Assembly (NCBI GenBank): GCA_020891255.1
Contig: BQFW01000007.1
Location: 868,001 to 932,000, forward strand
Direction of reading: 5' to 3'
From: Entomortierella parvispora E1425
Taxonomy: Eukaryota; Fungi; Mortierellomycota
Length of the DNA: 64,000 bases
A program made the translations under genes and the position numbers. Under the pieces are notes generated by a model. It saw only the letters and a program-made list of their open reading frames with translations. It ran no database searches and was not told the origin of the DNA. Shown in pieces: positions 1-12,493 of this stretch (position 1 is its first letter; each line of letters begins with the position of its first letter).

Positions 1-705
1 AACCTCTTCATACGTGTGGTCATTGAGGTTCAGATCCTGAATCAAAGCCGCTCGTGGACCTGAAGTCAGCTCAAAGGGTTCAACGGCCTCTCCTATGGTC
101 AGCGATGAATTCAAGACCAGGACTCTTACTCGAGACAAGACCTGATCATAAAAAGAGATAAAGTCCTTGAGTCCTGCAAATGGCATCAAGGAGAGTTGTA
201 AACGCCCAAGCTGTGGACATCCCGCCAAAGTGTTGATAAGATCCTTTGAGGCTTTGCGGCCGTAGGTGACATGGAGCACCGTCTTTTGATGCCGCTGGAG
301 AAGAAGACCACCGTTGTCCATGCCTCGCGCGCCTTGGATACGGATGTTGAGGGTCGTCAGATGGGGGCAATAGAGGGTGGGCAAAGCTGAATCAATCACG
401 CCTTTGCCATTTTCAAATGTGAGGGTGCCGATGAGACGAGCGTGTTTCTGCAGGATGTCGTGGGAGGGGATGACCGCCTCGTCGCAGAAGGAGACTCTGA
501 CATGATCGTAGATACTAGGAAGAAAGGCTTTGTGCCAGCTGCGGGAAACTCGAGCACAGTTGGCCCTGGCGTTCAGGTCGAGGTATTGCACGAGGAGGAG
601 GAAGACCTCAGGGGGGATCGTCAGAAAGAGGTCGACGGTTTCACAACGCTGGGGCCTGTCACGGTCGATCAATAGGCGACGGCGGTGGGCAACAGGCTGC
701 AACAT
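1..705 (-). CDS. F-box (LRR-like) protein, 3' end truncated by window start
   Basis: Manual translation of the minus strand from ATG at 705 is open to base 1: MLQPVAHRRRLLIDRDRPQRCETVDLFLTIPPEVFLLLVQYLDLNARANCARVSRSWHKAFLPSIY (F-box pattern L..PPE....L..L......CARVSRSW), followed by LxxLxL-type repeats. It is absent from the ORF track because it has no stop in the window. Confidence 0.8.
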   Translation of the reverse strand, partial: MLQPVAHRRRLLIDRDRPQRCETVDLFLTIPPEVFLLLVQYLDLNARANCARVSRSWHKAFLPSIYDHVRVSFCDEAVIPSHDILQKHARLIGTLTFENGKGVIDSALPTLYCPHLTTLNIRIQGARGMDNGGLLLQRHQKTVLHVTYGRKASKDLINTLAGCPQLGRLQLSLMPFAGLKDFISFYDQVLSRVRVLVLNSSLTIGEAVEPFELTSGPRAALIQDLNLNDHTYEEV

Positions 706-1094
706 CTGCGTTGAGGACAAAAGGGATGAGCAAGCGGTGTCTGTGTTTGTCTGCGTGAGAATAAAGTGCCCGGGGAAAACAGAAAATGGGTTGCGTGGGT
801 GGAAAAAGACGAGAAAAAAAAAAACATTTTGGGCCACGCTCCCCCCCCTTTTTATGGCGGTTGCACACGCATGGGCGGATGCCTTTTGCGCAAATTCGCC
901 CGTCATTTCTCAAGAGTCCACAGAGCCACACATATGCACAGCTCCTTGAACGAGACCTAGACGAAAGAAAGAGACAAGGCTGGGCAACCAGTGGTCATCA
1001 TGGATCATGGATATGTCAGATAGGTAGGGTATAGGGATAGTATATATTAGACATGGGGTTGTGGTTGGATCTTTTGTTTTTCTGCCAATGTTCT

Positions 1095-3279
1095 CTACGT
1101 GTGAGCAGTGAGTCCGCACAGCTTCTTGTTCCATGGCTTTGGCTCTGCGCGCTTTTGGAAGCTGTGCAATTCTGCGGGCTGTGCCATGCTGGCCATCATC
1201 AATTCCTCCTCGGTGGCCACCGCCTCCAAATCTCTCTTCATGGCAAAGCTGACATTTGAGCAAGCGTCCGAGCTCTTGCCCGCACGCAGGTCGCAAATCA
1301 TCTCTGCGGGGCAAGATGAACCAGCGGCACAAGCTGGAATTTTGCCGGCGGATTTACCGCGGTACAACCAGTATTGCTGGAAGGCCGCGTTGTTTTGCTC
1401 AAAGGCAACGGTGACATTGTGCCACCAGGCAGCACTCAAGGGCTCCGTGTCGGCAATGGGGACATAGGCACCATAGGCCTGACGAGCAGAATACTCCAGG
1501 TGCCAGTTGGGGGTCGTGCCCTGAGCGTCCCAGGTGGAGGCATTGTTCAAGTCGGCGACATAGGTGTTGGAATCATAAATGTTCCAGTTACCAGTGTCGA
1601 CCTTGTAGACGCGGAAACCAGGGTTGAGGTCGAGAGACGGGGTGACGGAAGGTCCGATCCAAGCAGTGGCGATGGCGTTCTGTGAGCTCTTGGAGCCGGG
1701 ACCATAGTAAAGCGCAAACTCGTCGTAGTGAGTGTGTCCAAAGAACTGCTCGGCAACGACGTGAGGAGAGTAGCGCTGAATGGCCTGGTAGTAGAGGGCA
1801 GACCAGTTCTGGATGCAATCCGTTTGCGAAGGACCGACGTGACTGATGATCCAAACACGTTCATGAGCATCCTCAGCGGCCTGGAGCTGAGCCACGAGCC
1901 ACTTGAGCTCACCATTGGGATCGTAATCCGCGGTGTGTCCATAAAGATAAAAGTTCATGTTGTAACAAAAGTTGTTGTTGAGGGAAATGATGCGGAAGCC
2001 GGGGTGAGGCGAGACAGTGTAGGCACCATAGTTGCGGACAGAGTTCACAGCATCAGCAGGCAACCAACGAGACCAGTCATCGGCCAATCCAGAGTACAAC
2101 CAAGCATTGTTGGCCCCCGAGGCGGGGGTGGGGAAAAGGTTGACGGGTCCGGCTTCATGGTTTCCGACGGTAGGGTACACAGTCGAAGAGAGTCCACCCG
2201 ACATGATATCGTACGCGTTCTTTTCCTGAGGCAAGACCGTGTTGGAGTTCTCCAGCCAGACATCGTGAGGGGGCACATCGCCGGTCAAGATGGTGAAGTT
2301 GGCATTGGCGACCTGGGGAATATACTTGAGCATGTCCTGACCCAGCTTGACGGGGGCATCGCAGTTGTAATCACCCCAAGAGGTGGCCGCACGAGTGGGA
2401 GTCGCGGGAGAGTCTGCATATGTGCGACAGCACAGAGGTTTGCTGCAGGCAGCCTCAGATCCAGGAACATACTTGTCATCAACGTGCCAACTATTGTATT
2501 GTAAGAAAGAAAATGTTGTTAGCAGTGTTCCTGACATTGAGGATCGACTGGATGAACGGAAATCTCGGCGATCTGACATATTAGAGGGCTACCCGACTTA
2601 CTCTGACAAGTGAAGAACATCAACGCGGTTTCCGGCAGGAGCGGGGACGGTGGTGTTGACGGGTCTTGGCTTGGGAAAGGTCAACTGTCCCGAAGTGACA
2701 CCAGGGGCAGGGCAAGCACCCAAGATCTGGAAGCACCAGAACTTGCCATCTCCACTGAGGAGGTTGGCCGACATGGCGGCATTAACCAAGACGGGACCCT
2801 GGTTGTAGACGAGGCCCGCGCACTATAAAAGTAGCAAGTGGGATGATAAAAAAGGACATCAAGTAGAAGAACGGTCAGAGAACGAAGCAAAATGAGAGAC
2901 GAAAGTGTCTGCTCTACAATTAAAACTGGTGGTTGGCGAGGAAAAGTCGATTGACAAGAGAGCAGTGATCTGTGCATACCACATCGTCATCCTGCAGCTT
3001 GAGGTCTTTGCAGAGGCCATTGGCAGCATCCAGAACCCAGTTATGGTTAAACCATGCAAGGTCCTTGGCAGCGACAAGAGCGGCCACACAAGCACCGCAC
3101 TCGAGGGTTTGAAGGGCTTTAGCAAAGAGAGGCTTGAGCTGATCCATGACCCAGCCTCTCTTTTCGAGTTCGCTAAGATGTGAGGGAGGGAGGTGGGTGA
3201 CACCAGATGTCGGTGGTGCAGGTGCTGCTATGGCGGCGGTGGCAGCCACCAACGAAATGATGACCGAGGAAAGACGCAT
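1095..3279 (-). CDS. Secreted acid sphingomyelinase-like metallophosphoesterase with saposin-B-like domain
   Basis: Exons 3279-2980, 2822-2602, 2490-1095 with GT-AG sites in consistent phase. Signal peptide MRLSSVIISLVAATAAIA, Cys-patterned saposin region (CGAC...LC...C), and calcineurin-like metal motifs HLSDWH, TGDVPPHD, GNHE, IISH, GHTH. Confidence 0.92.
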
Positions 3280-3406
3280 CGTGTATTAAGAGAGAGAAGT
3301 GATGAAATGAGGGGGGGGTGAGGGGATCAACAGGGGTCTTTCTCGGACTGGAGGTTGAAGATGATGTACAAGGAGTGAAATCGGTCAAGGACAAAGAGAT
3401 AAGACC

Positions 3407-3430
3407 AAAAAAAAAAAAAAAAAAAAAAAA
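3407..3430. repeat. Poly(A)24 tract upstream of the sphingomyelinase gene
   Basis: Direct count of the homopolymer; one of many poly(dA:dT) tracts in intergenic DNA here. Confidence 0.9.
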
Positions 3431-6047
3431 GGGAAATGGGGGTCTACATTATCCGTTATATACTTTTTGAGGTAAACACCGTGTGCCTGGCTCATAGGTG
3501 TACATGGTCTCTGAAAACGGTGCCGGTGCAAGCTGCCATTTTCTAACTGAGCACTGATACAGTTCCAAGCTCGTGCCAGAAGTGGTCACTGAGAGGAACC
3601 ACCTTCCTTGATAGTGAGCGGCATACCTCAGTTCAATTGAAAGCAGTTGGCAACACAGGGGGGAAACCTCCTGGCGAGGCTTCCACAAATATGTGGGGAG
3701 CTGTGGGGCGGTAAGCTTTTGAAAAAAAAAAATTGAATAGGCGGCCACTGGGTGAATGAATGCAGGCACAGAACGGCTTTGAGGGTTCGGCTCTGAATGT
3801 TTAGTTGTGCGATGAAGCATGCACCGCCGCGACAGGGTTGGGTTAGGGGTCCCTCTTTTCTTTCGCTCGGCAAGGCTTTATGGAGTCGGGTGTACTTTCT
3901 CATTGTGCACTCAGAGAATGGAGGACTGAAAGCGGGCTGGCTTCTGACTTGAAAATGCTCATTGTAGACGCGTTTTGCTTCTTTTGTTTGAGTTTCAACG
4001 GCCACTCCACCATTGGAATGTATGAGAGCAATTTCGGTGCTACCAGAGAGGGAGAGGACTTTGTGTTTCTCCCACAAAACAAGTGAGCACGGCAAAGAAC
4101 AGGTTGGACCCACCGCCCAATTAGATTCTCAATCCCTTCCCCCCTTGGGCTGTCTCTCTCCCTTCCCTTGCCTCTTTTTTTTCCCCCGGATGCAAATTAG
4201 ATCACAAATCAGGCTAACAACAATTTTGCTTTGTTACCTTGCGTTGCCAACAACAACGGCAAATCGTTCACCGGGATTTGTCTGCGCACTCTTTGGTCAC
4301 AGTTCAGGTCAACAATCGAGAACCCGAGCTTTGCAAGCAGGTTAATTGTTGCGTACGAGACTAGCGATGGGTGGATTGTTTGGTCACCCTCCGGCTTTAA
4401 TAGTGCAGCAGCAGAGGAAGAGCAATTTTCGGGGAAAACCAACAGCGTGCTCCAACTCGAATGCGGCTTTCTGGCCCTGACCGACCCTGAAAGGAAGAGC
4501 AGAGGCGCCCGAATAATAATAATAAAACACAATAGAGTGGGCGAACGGCGACTGTGTGCACCTCTTGACCCATTCAAGCAGAGAAAGAAGGCAAAGATCA
4601 GGCACGGAACAGATTTACCGAAGTGTTGTCAGCAAAATAACAAAAGTTAGGTTCTGGCGCCCTCGACCTTTGTCCTACCTGGAGAGGGACTAGCTCCTCA
4701 AATTTGCAGTCTACCCACATATTCCCCCCTCGCCCGCTCATTGAACCGATGGGTATCGTCATTTCGCCCATCAATAGATAGCAGCCCACAGCAATAATGT
4801 TGCCCACAAATATCACGTCCATGTGCAAAACAAAGAGCGCACCCAGCTCCCCACATGTGCCCCCTTCCTTCGCAGCCGAAGGAGCACATGCAGACGCCAT
4901 GTTGGAGATCACAAACGCGTCATGGAGCCAACCCTAGTTCTGTGCTCGTGTGATAGTGCACATTGTTAGTTTTGGTGCCGTCCTTGTCTATTGGGCTGGA
5001 TCCTATTTGTCTGATTGTAATTGGGCGGCGAGCACGGTACCTTGTTCAGAAACTACCATGGAACTTACACGCACTAGACAGACGCGATATCTCTCGGCTA
5101 TTTCCTGACAATTGAAAATCTAACCTGGCCACCAGATATCAAATCTCCAGGATCCACAGCCTTCTACTCCTCGGAAACTCGAGAACCTCCCTCTTGCCCA
5201 TTGTATCCCATACTGCAAAAGTAGACAGATCCCGAGGATTGTCCTCAGTGGCTACGCTTGTCGCGTGCTCTCTCTGTCTCTCCGACCTACGCGCGTAACA
5301 TCCACTCGCACTCTTCCTTCCCGACTTTTCTTTTGTTCCATCGCAAAGCTAACAACTATCGAAATGAGCGTTTTCAGACTTGTTTGTCATCGTTTTTGAC
5401 CAAATATGGAGGGATGAAGAGAGCTTTGCTGATTGTGGGATCCAGCAGGTTTGAGTTTGGACGACGAGAGAAAACAAAAAAAACTTGTCTGTGGAGAACA
5501 AACAAGGTTTTGCGCTCGACGGAATGAGGAATGCATGCAAAAGTTGCAAAGATGGTCTTTTAAAGGCCAGGCTGGGGCCACTGAGGCCGGCAGACGGCCC
5601 AAGCTGGATCAATTTCTGGGAGAGATGGACAGTCCCCTGTTCGACATGAGGGATGGTGTGCAGAGTCAAACCGTGTCACAAATATGGGTCTTTGTTCAAC
5701 TTGTACCCTCCTTATTTGCAGCAAACCATGAACATCGTGGCAGCAAAAGCAATCAACCAAACAGCTGGTTTTCTGTGTCGATAAGTTCGTGGTTATGGAA
5801 AAGAACAGGGTCGTGAAATAACCGGACAAAGGCTACTTGCATCCGGGGAATGACCCACTGCATGTCCGACTGTTTGCAGCTCTTGCTCTGTTATTAGCTT
5901 GCAGTCCAGCCCTGACCGAAAGCATCTACATCAAGATCTGGCCAGAAAGAAAGAGGGAGAATGAGGCACCGCACGAGGATCTAGATGTCGTTTACCAGTG
6001 CAGTTGTTGACATGATCAGGGGATACACGATGCCCTCTCTCTCTTTA

Positions 6048-6074
6048 TTTTTTTTTTTTTTTTTTTTTTTTTTT
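6048..6074. repeat. Poly(T)27 tract
   Basis: Direct count of the homopolymer. Confidence 0.9.
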
Positions 6075-7893
6075 GGCAAAAAACCAATACTAGAACTGCC
6101 GTCAAGGTACCAGCACCAGATTCCTCAAGTCTTGGATCTTTGAAGCCAGGTCATCAGAGGAGGGTCCAATCCAATCTACGATATGAACAAAAGCACTAAA
6201 AAAATGCAAAAGTAGGTCTGGTTACGGAGGCGCTACCATATAGGCGCGTTTCCTTTACCCCCAGCGGCTCATTACACAGATGCTATTGCCCCCAAGTTAC
6301 TTGTGCAGTACTCAACAAGTCTTGGACACACACCTGTGCACTGACCCCTTCACCGTGCAGTCTCTGCCCAACTTCGGGTTTGAACACCCAGCCGCCAGAC
6401 GAATAGACACACTGCTCGAACCATTGCACTAAGTCGACCATGGTGTGATATATATAAAAATGAACAGTCTTAAGTAGGGACCCGTGCAGCGCTTTGGCCG
6501 CCGCAGATGCATGCAACGAGCATGGCGGAGTGAAAAAAAAAAAAAGACATTTGAACATTTGATGGCCTTCATACCAGCAGGAGTGGCGGGACAGATACTT
6601 GTCTTCTGCCCCAGTGCTGCACAAGGTGAAGTGGTGAGGACTTTTATGGGTTGTGCAATAGGAGTGGCGTTGATGGAGCAACCTCGCCATCTGATTCCCT
6701 TTCCTCGCGTCGCCATGCAGTCATTCGCCATTAGGTTGACATGTCACAACCTTAAAGAAAGGGGAGGGGGACGAAGGATTTAGTGTGTGCTCTCTCTTTG
6801 ACCCCACACTACCACTCTCACCTCTATTTCCTTTCCTAACTGCCATTCACATTCACCGTTTCGTTCTTGGCATGGTCCATGCCTTGCCTGTGATTCAAGG
6901 AATTCAAGGAGTTTGTCCAACTCGCGTGCACAAACACGAGAGCACAGCTCGCGTTCTGAACAAAACAAACAATCCTGCACGTCTTGCTTGCGCCCTGTCA
7001 TGCCCGCCACTAACTTGACCATGCATGGTCCTCTCTTGTCTGCACGACTGGCACCAGGTCTTGTCTAATTGTTGTGGCCTTTCCCGTCTATAACTATCGC
7101 TGTCTTCAAAGGGTCCACAACGAGCTCTGTTTTCTAGAATACACGTGGCCCTCTGTATCTATCATCCCGCTTGCTGCTTGCTGTCCACGCGCTTTTTGTT
7201 ACATCGACTACGATTCATCCGCTGCCCATTTTGAAAACAGCCCAAGAGAAGTGTTGGTACCCTTCAAGTCTCTGAGCAGGAAATAGGAACCTGCTTTTCC
7301 TTGCTGCCCACGGCCCTGATTAGAAATCACAGAGTGAGATCTTTATCTCCTCTCGCGATGCCTTCCATTTGGACATTTGGAAGAGAGCATCATCGAAGCG
7401 AGGCAACTGTCCCTTTTTCTTTCTCACATCAATCCAATAAAGACACGAACCATTGCCTTAACTTCACCATAGACCTTCCATAGGATTCTGGTGTTGTACG
7501 AGGATAGGGCGACTTTGGGTGTCCTCCATTTTCCAGTTCGCATATTGGCGGTGGCTCAATTGCTAGGTGAAGAGAGGAAACTCTCCACTTGGAACTGAAA
7601 TGAGATCGTATTATTGCTACAGCGTGAAAAGATACATTGCATTCACGGACTTCAAATTAGTTGCTCTACATGGTACCTGCATACGATACGACGACCATAG
7701 TAGCCAGAATGGCGAGGACCATCTTTGGGTTTGAAAGTGCGGTTGCCATCATGGACAGGTGGTCTGTTTCAAGCCCTCAGGAGTCGCCACACACACACAA
7801 AATGAGCCTTTTTTTTTTTTGTCAGTTTTTTTATTTTTATTTTTAAAGAAAAGAGAATCCGAGGGGATCGAACCCCATCTTTCATCTTTCTAT

Positions 7894-8703
7894 CTAAGCG
7901 TAGTTTCCGCCCAGGACCTTCTCGCAGCCATGGGTAGACTTGTTGACTGGGCAATCAATCTTGTTCATGCAGCAGCGGATGCAGTAGATTTGAGCATCGG
8001 GCTCAGTCAATTGAACAAAGGAGTTGTAACCAGCACAGGCGGCACCCACAGGGGCACGCATGTCGTACTGTCCACCACCATCATTGCTCTTCAAACCATA
8101 CTTGGAGCGATCCAAGCGGCCAGTGACCTGAACCCAACCAGCGGTGGTGTTCTGGACAAAGTGAGCCGACTTGATGAATCCTCCGGGGAGAATGCGAGCA
8201 CTGGGGATGATGTTGGACTTTGTGCAAAAGGCAACGGCGCTGTCCTCGTTGGCGGCGATATCGCCACCAAACATCTTGGGCAACCACAAGCAGAAATCGG
8301 TCGAGCTCTTGATCGTGCCAACCTGACCAGGGTGACCGGTAGGAGTTGGCTTACCGGTGGGCTTGACGGTGGGCTTGGTGGTGGTCGTCACAGCATGGGC
8401 GGTGGTCGTGGATTTGTGGGGTTTAGTGGTGGTGGTGCTCTTGTGAGGCTTGACGGTCGTGGTGGCCTTGTGATGTTTAGTGGTGGTGGTGGTGGTGGTC
8501 TTGTGGGCCTTGGTCTTGGTCTTGGGAGACTTGTGCTTGTGATGAGCTGTAGTGGTGGTTTCTTTCTTATGGTGAGCAGTGGGATGGTGCTTCTTGTGCA
8601 CGGAGGTAGTAGTTGTGTGCTTCTTAGGCTCAGCGGCAGCCATGGTGGCGATCAAGGCGATGAGGATGGCCACAAGCACCAACTTGAGTTGAGAACGCAT
8701 CAT
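7894..8703 (-). CDS. Secreted Cys-rich protein with His/Lys/Thr-rich stalk (paralog A, intronless)
   Basis: 269-aa ORF with a hydrophobic signal peptide, a ~100-aa H/K/T-rich linker and a C-terminal ~145-aa domain with 8 Cys (DFCLWLP...AVAFCTK...WVQVTGR...GGGQYD...YCIRCC...CP...GC..VLGGNYA). From memory it resembles the fungal MP88/'macrophage-activating glycoprotein'-type domain; this is unverified. Confidence 0.85.
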   Translation of the reverse strand: MMRSQLKLVLVAILIALIATMAAAEPKKHTTTTSVHKKHHPTAHHKKETTTTAHHKHKSPKTKTKAHKTTTTTTTKHHKATTTVKPHKSTTTTKPHKSTTTAHAVTTTTKPTVKPTGKPTPTGHPGQVGTIKSSTDFCLWLPKMFGGDIAANEDSAVAFCTKSNIIPSARILPGGFIKSAHFVQNTTAGWVQVTGRLDRSKYGLKSNDGGGQYDMRAPVGAACAGYNSFVQLTEPDAQIYCIRCCMNKIDCPVNKSTHGCEKVLGGNYA

Positions 8704-11700
8704 GATGCAGGAGGAGGGGTATGCAAGAGTGGAGGGGGGATGAATATTGAACGAGCAATTGATCCAGATGTAATGTGGAGAATAGATCAGAGCCGGGTGA
8801 GAACGTTAGAGAAGAAAACAAGAGGGAAACTTGGTTACTTTTATACGTGCCATTGGAAGATCGAGCATAAGACCCAGGGAAGTGCAATGGGTGCCAGAGG
8901 AGATAAAACAGGGTTCACCTGGCTATTATTACCTCCCACTAAGTATTTTAGGCAACATCGGGGTCAACGGACGCCCAGAAGAGAGACTTGTCTGTTCATT
9001 CGTCGCCATTTGCGGTGCTTTCCTTCCACAGCAGGACAATGCGGTGCTCACAAAGAGGCGATAACCTTCCTTTTTTCGTCAATTGCTCCTCCGATCAAGA
9101 GGGTCATGTCCACCCCCGACTAGTCTCGAAATGGTAGACCAAGACACCGTCTGTTGGACAACCACGATTCTTGCATGCAGGGCAGGGTCTCCATTTGTTT
9201 GCCTGGAATGTGGAGATCCTGGAGGCCAAATGAATGCAGTTACACATCGTACCCCTCGCTGTTGTGCATGAAAGCTAGAGTTTTCTTGGATAGAATCCTC
9301 ACTCACTCTCTGCCAGTTTACAAAAAAAGAACCAAGGCCCGGGAGACAGGGACTGAAGAAAAGTAGGACGCTGTGGTCAACCTCGTTGAAGCAGAGCCGT
9401 TGCGGCCCTGTGATACGAAGTCTGCCCCGACAATAAATGCCACTTCGCGTCAATTGCTGTCCCTGTTGAATCTTCGTGGTGCGAGATATCGCCTTTTTTT
9501 TCCTTCTTTTTTTTTCTTCTTTTTTTTTCTTCTTTTTTTCTGAAGGTGGGTTCTCAATCACCCTTCATAGATTTCCACGCCGTAGCAAACAGAGATACTT
9601 TGGAAAGGAGGGAAGCCAGTGATGAACTCCGTGGTTTATTTCTGGCTGTCGTTTACGCCTTTGACCACGCCGTTCTGTTGAAACATGTGGCGACTGTGCG
9701 GAGATCTGCCTACTTTTTGAGAAACTACGTCAAGTATCGGTTACGCCCGCGGTCTATTCCTGCTATTTGCACTGTTGTGGAGTGCTGTTTTTTTTGCTGA
9801 TGCAAGAGCGGACCGGCACCGATTCGCCTACGACGCGAAGAGTATCCACGCAGCTACAAGATAGTGTCCAACCGTGGTTATCGTGATCTATTGGGGCGCG
9901 CCATCACGAAAATAGCCCCGATAGCCCCCTCCTCGTCTCCTTCCCCACTGTCTCGGCTGCCTTTTGAACGTGCACAGAAGACTTCACCTTTTGCTCTTTC
10001 TTGTAAAAATAGTGCTTGTAGCGTGCCGTTGGCATGCAGTCAAGCCCTTCTTAATTTAGCGCAGGGCGGCCTAAATGAGCTCTTTGGCAGCTGCAGCCAC
10101 AATTTAAACTGTGCTAGTGCTAGGAATGATGCACGTTTTCTCTAACAATCTGCAGACAGACGGATTGTTTATTTGATCTATGTATTCTCCAAGGAGGAAA
10201 AAAGGGCAGAAAGCCTGTGGGAGAATAACGAGAAAGACTGTGAGAGCCTTATGAAAGAGAATAATGGAAGCTTTAACACGACAACCCTTTCACTGCTTCA
10301 GGGCCTGCACCCGACAAAAAAAAAAGTAAAAGAGACAAAAATAGAATGCGCTGGTCTGGCGTTGAAAAATGACCCTGGGCAGGGCAAGTCTTGGCCCCGG
10401 TCACCTCTGAAATGAATTATGAACCCAAAACCCAGATCGAGGGTCCAATTGCGTTCAAAAGACCAAACAGGCGTTATTGATATTCTGTTCTGGGGAAACC
10501 AAGACCATCCATGGTCAAGTGCCTACTGAAACAGGCACAGGTTCAAGGGGAGATATGGATAAGACCTTGTTCTTTTCGATGCAAATGACCAAGGGGCCAA
10601 TCACTCTGTTGTTAATTCTCTGCAACAGGGCATTTTTACAAATTGCCCTTTTGGAGGACGCCTATCTCTGCTCAGAGGCATACAGTGGAATGTCGAGTCT
10701 GTGGCCGGAAGTGCGGGCATTTGTTTATCACTCCCAGGAGAGAGAAGGGGGGACGGAGGCTCGGCTCATAGGTGTCCTCCTGTTTCCGAGAATACATTTC
10801 GTCGGCTGCCTGGGCGTTGTCCAAAAGCAGGCGGCTCTTTTTTATCGTTCAAGTCGATCAGCCTTGCCTTCGATCATTGCTGCCATTGTTCATTATCCCT
10901 GTCCTCCTTTTTTAGTCGTGACGACCGCGACGCAAGTGCAATTTAAGCGATCGCTTGTCTCGAAGTGGTCATAGTCCACACCAGGCAGTTGAAGATTTGA
11001 ATCGGCTGGGAAAGTTGACTCATCCCCTTGTGATTTGTCTCGGGGAGCCAGAAGGAAGAAAGCAAAAAAAACGAGGGCTTGCTTGCCGTCATGGTCTTTG
11101 ATGCGTTCTCAAAGCCCATCATAAAAATAGAAAGAATGAACGGCTGGTTCATGATGCTGGCCATGAACCACATGTAGGGTCTGCATCGGGATAAGACTCT
11201 ACAATGCAGCCATTTGCTCAGACAGCGCAGGCCAGGCCTTGTTGGCGTACCGAGGATTCCACTTTTTTTTTATCTTTCATTCCTCCGTTACCCAGGAATC
11301 TAAATCCATTCCTGCCCTGTGCCAACTCCGGACTCTCAACAACCCGATTGAGAGCACTTTTTTTTTGGGCGAACACCAACTTTCCCTGACCCTCATTGGG
11401 GCAGACAAGGAGAGCATTCATGAACCAAGCAGACGAGGATAGAACGCGGGAATCTTCTATTCTCACAGCGCACGCGCTCGACCACTCGAGACGGCTGCAA
11501 AGGCAGTATCGTTCAACAGCTATTTTCTTGCATTTTGTGGGATGTACATGGCGACCAAGGAAGAGAGGGAGGGGGTGGGCGAAAAGTATAAAGGCAACCC
11601 GACCCTCGTCAGTTTTTTTTTTGGTTCTTCAGTTATCTCTACACTCTCCTCACAGTCTCAATACCAAGCAATCTCTCTACTTCTCCTCTCCTCTCACTTC

Positions 11701-11717
11701 CCCACACGTTTTAAACA

Positions 11718-12493
11718 ATGATCTTCAACAAGACTCTCATCGCTTCTGCTATCCTCGCCGTTCTTTCGGTCGCTGCTGCTGGCAAGGCTCCTGTCAAGAA
11801 GCCTGCTGCCAAGCCCGCCAAGATTGGCCAGGTTGGAACCATCATCAACGGAACCGACTTCTGCCTCTTCCTCCCCCCCGTTGCTGGTGAGTGACTACCT
11901 TTTGTTTCTTTCAAAAACTCAAGGCACGGTCCGTTGACGAGAAGAGGACAAGACCACTGATCCATCTTTCTCTTATAACCTCAACTCTACAGGTAAGGGT
12001 ACCATCGCCGAGAACGAGGACCGTGCTGTTGCTTTCTGCACCAAGCCCATTGCCTCGGCCCCCAACGCCGGTGTCATGCCCGCTGGCTTGATCAAGAGCG
12101 CCAACTTTGTTCGCAACACTCAGTCCAACTGGGTCCAGGTCACTGGCCGCATGGATGGATCCAAGTGGAAGATGGACAAGAAGGACGGTGGCGGAGTAAG
12201 TGTTTGATCTGCTCTTTTCTTTATCGTTCATGCAAGGGCCAAAAGAGGAAACTTCAATTGCGCGTTTGAATCTTGAGAGGCTGACTCTTGTTTTCTTTCT
12301 TCTCTTCTCTTTCCAGCAATACGACATCAAGGCCCCTGTCGGTGCCAAGTGCGCTGGATACAACTACTTTGTCGAGTTGGTCGAGCCCGACCAGAACATC
12401 TACTGCATCCGCTGCTGCAAGACCAAGACCGACTGCCCCGTCAACAAGTCCACCTACGGCTGCAAGAAGGTTCTCGGCGGAAACTACGCTTAA
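11718..12493 (+). CDS. Secreted Cys-rich protein (paralog B, 3 exons)
   Basis: Exons 11718-11886, 11993-12195, 12317-12493 with canonical GT-AG sites. The spliced product MIFNKTLIASAILAVLSVAAAG...GQVGTIINGTDFCLFLPP...VLGGNYA aligns along its whole domain with paralog A, including all 8 Cys. Confidence 0.9.

Noticed and set aside
1374-2828. Several plus-strand ORFs of 70-260 aa
   Set aside because: Antisense to the sphingomyelinase; explained by codon bias.
7861-7878. GGGGTTCGATCCCC on the minus strand resembling a tRNA T-arm / B-box
   Set aside because: No D-arm, anticodon arm or acceptor stem can be formed, and it lies about 20 nt after a stop codon in a 3' UTR.
7759-9123. 454-aa plus-strand ORF
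   Set aside because: Antisense shadow of the secreted gene at 7894-8703. The Gly/Val-rich text mirrors ACC/CAC/AAG codons and it has no independent domain.
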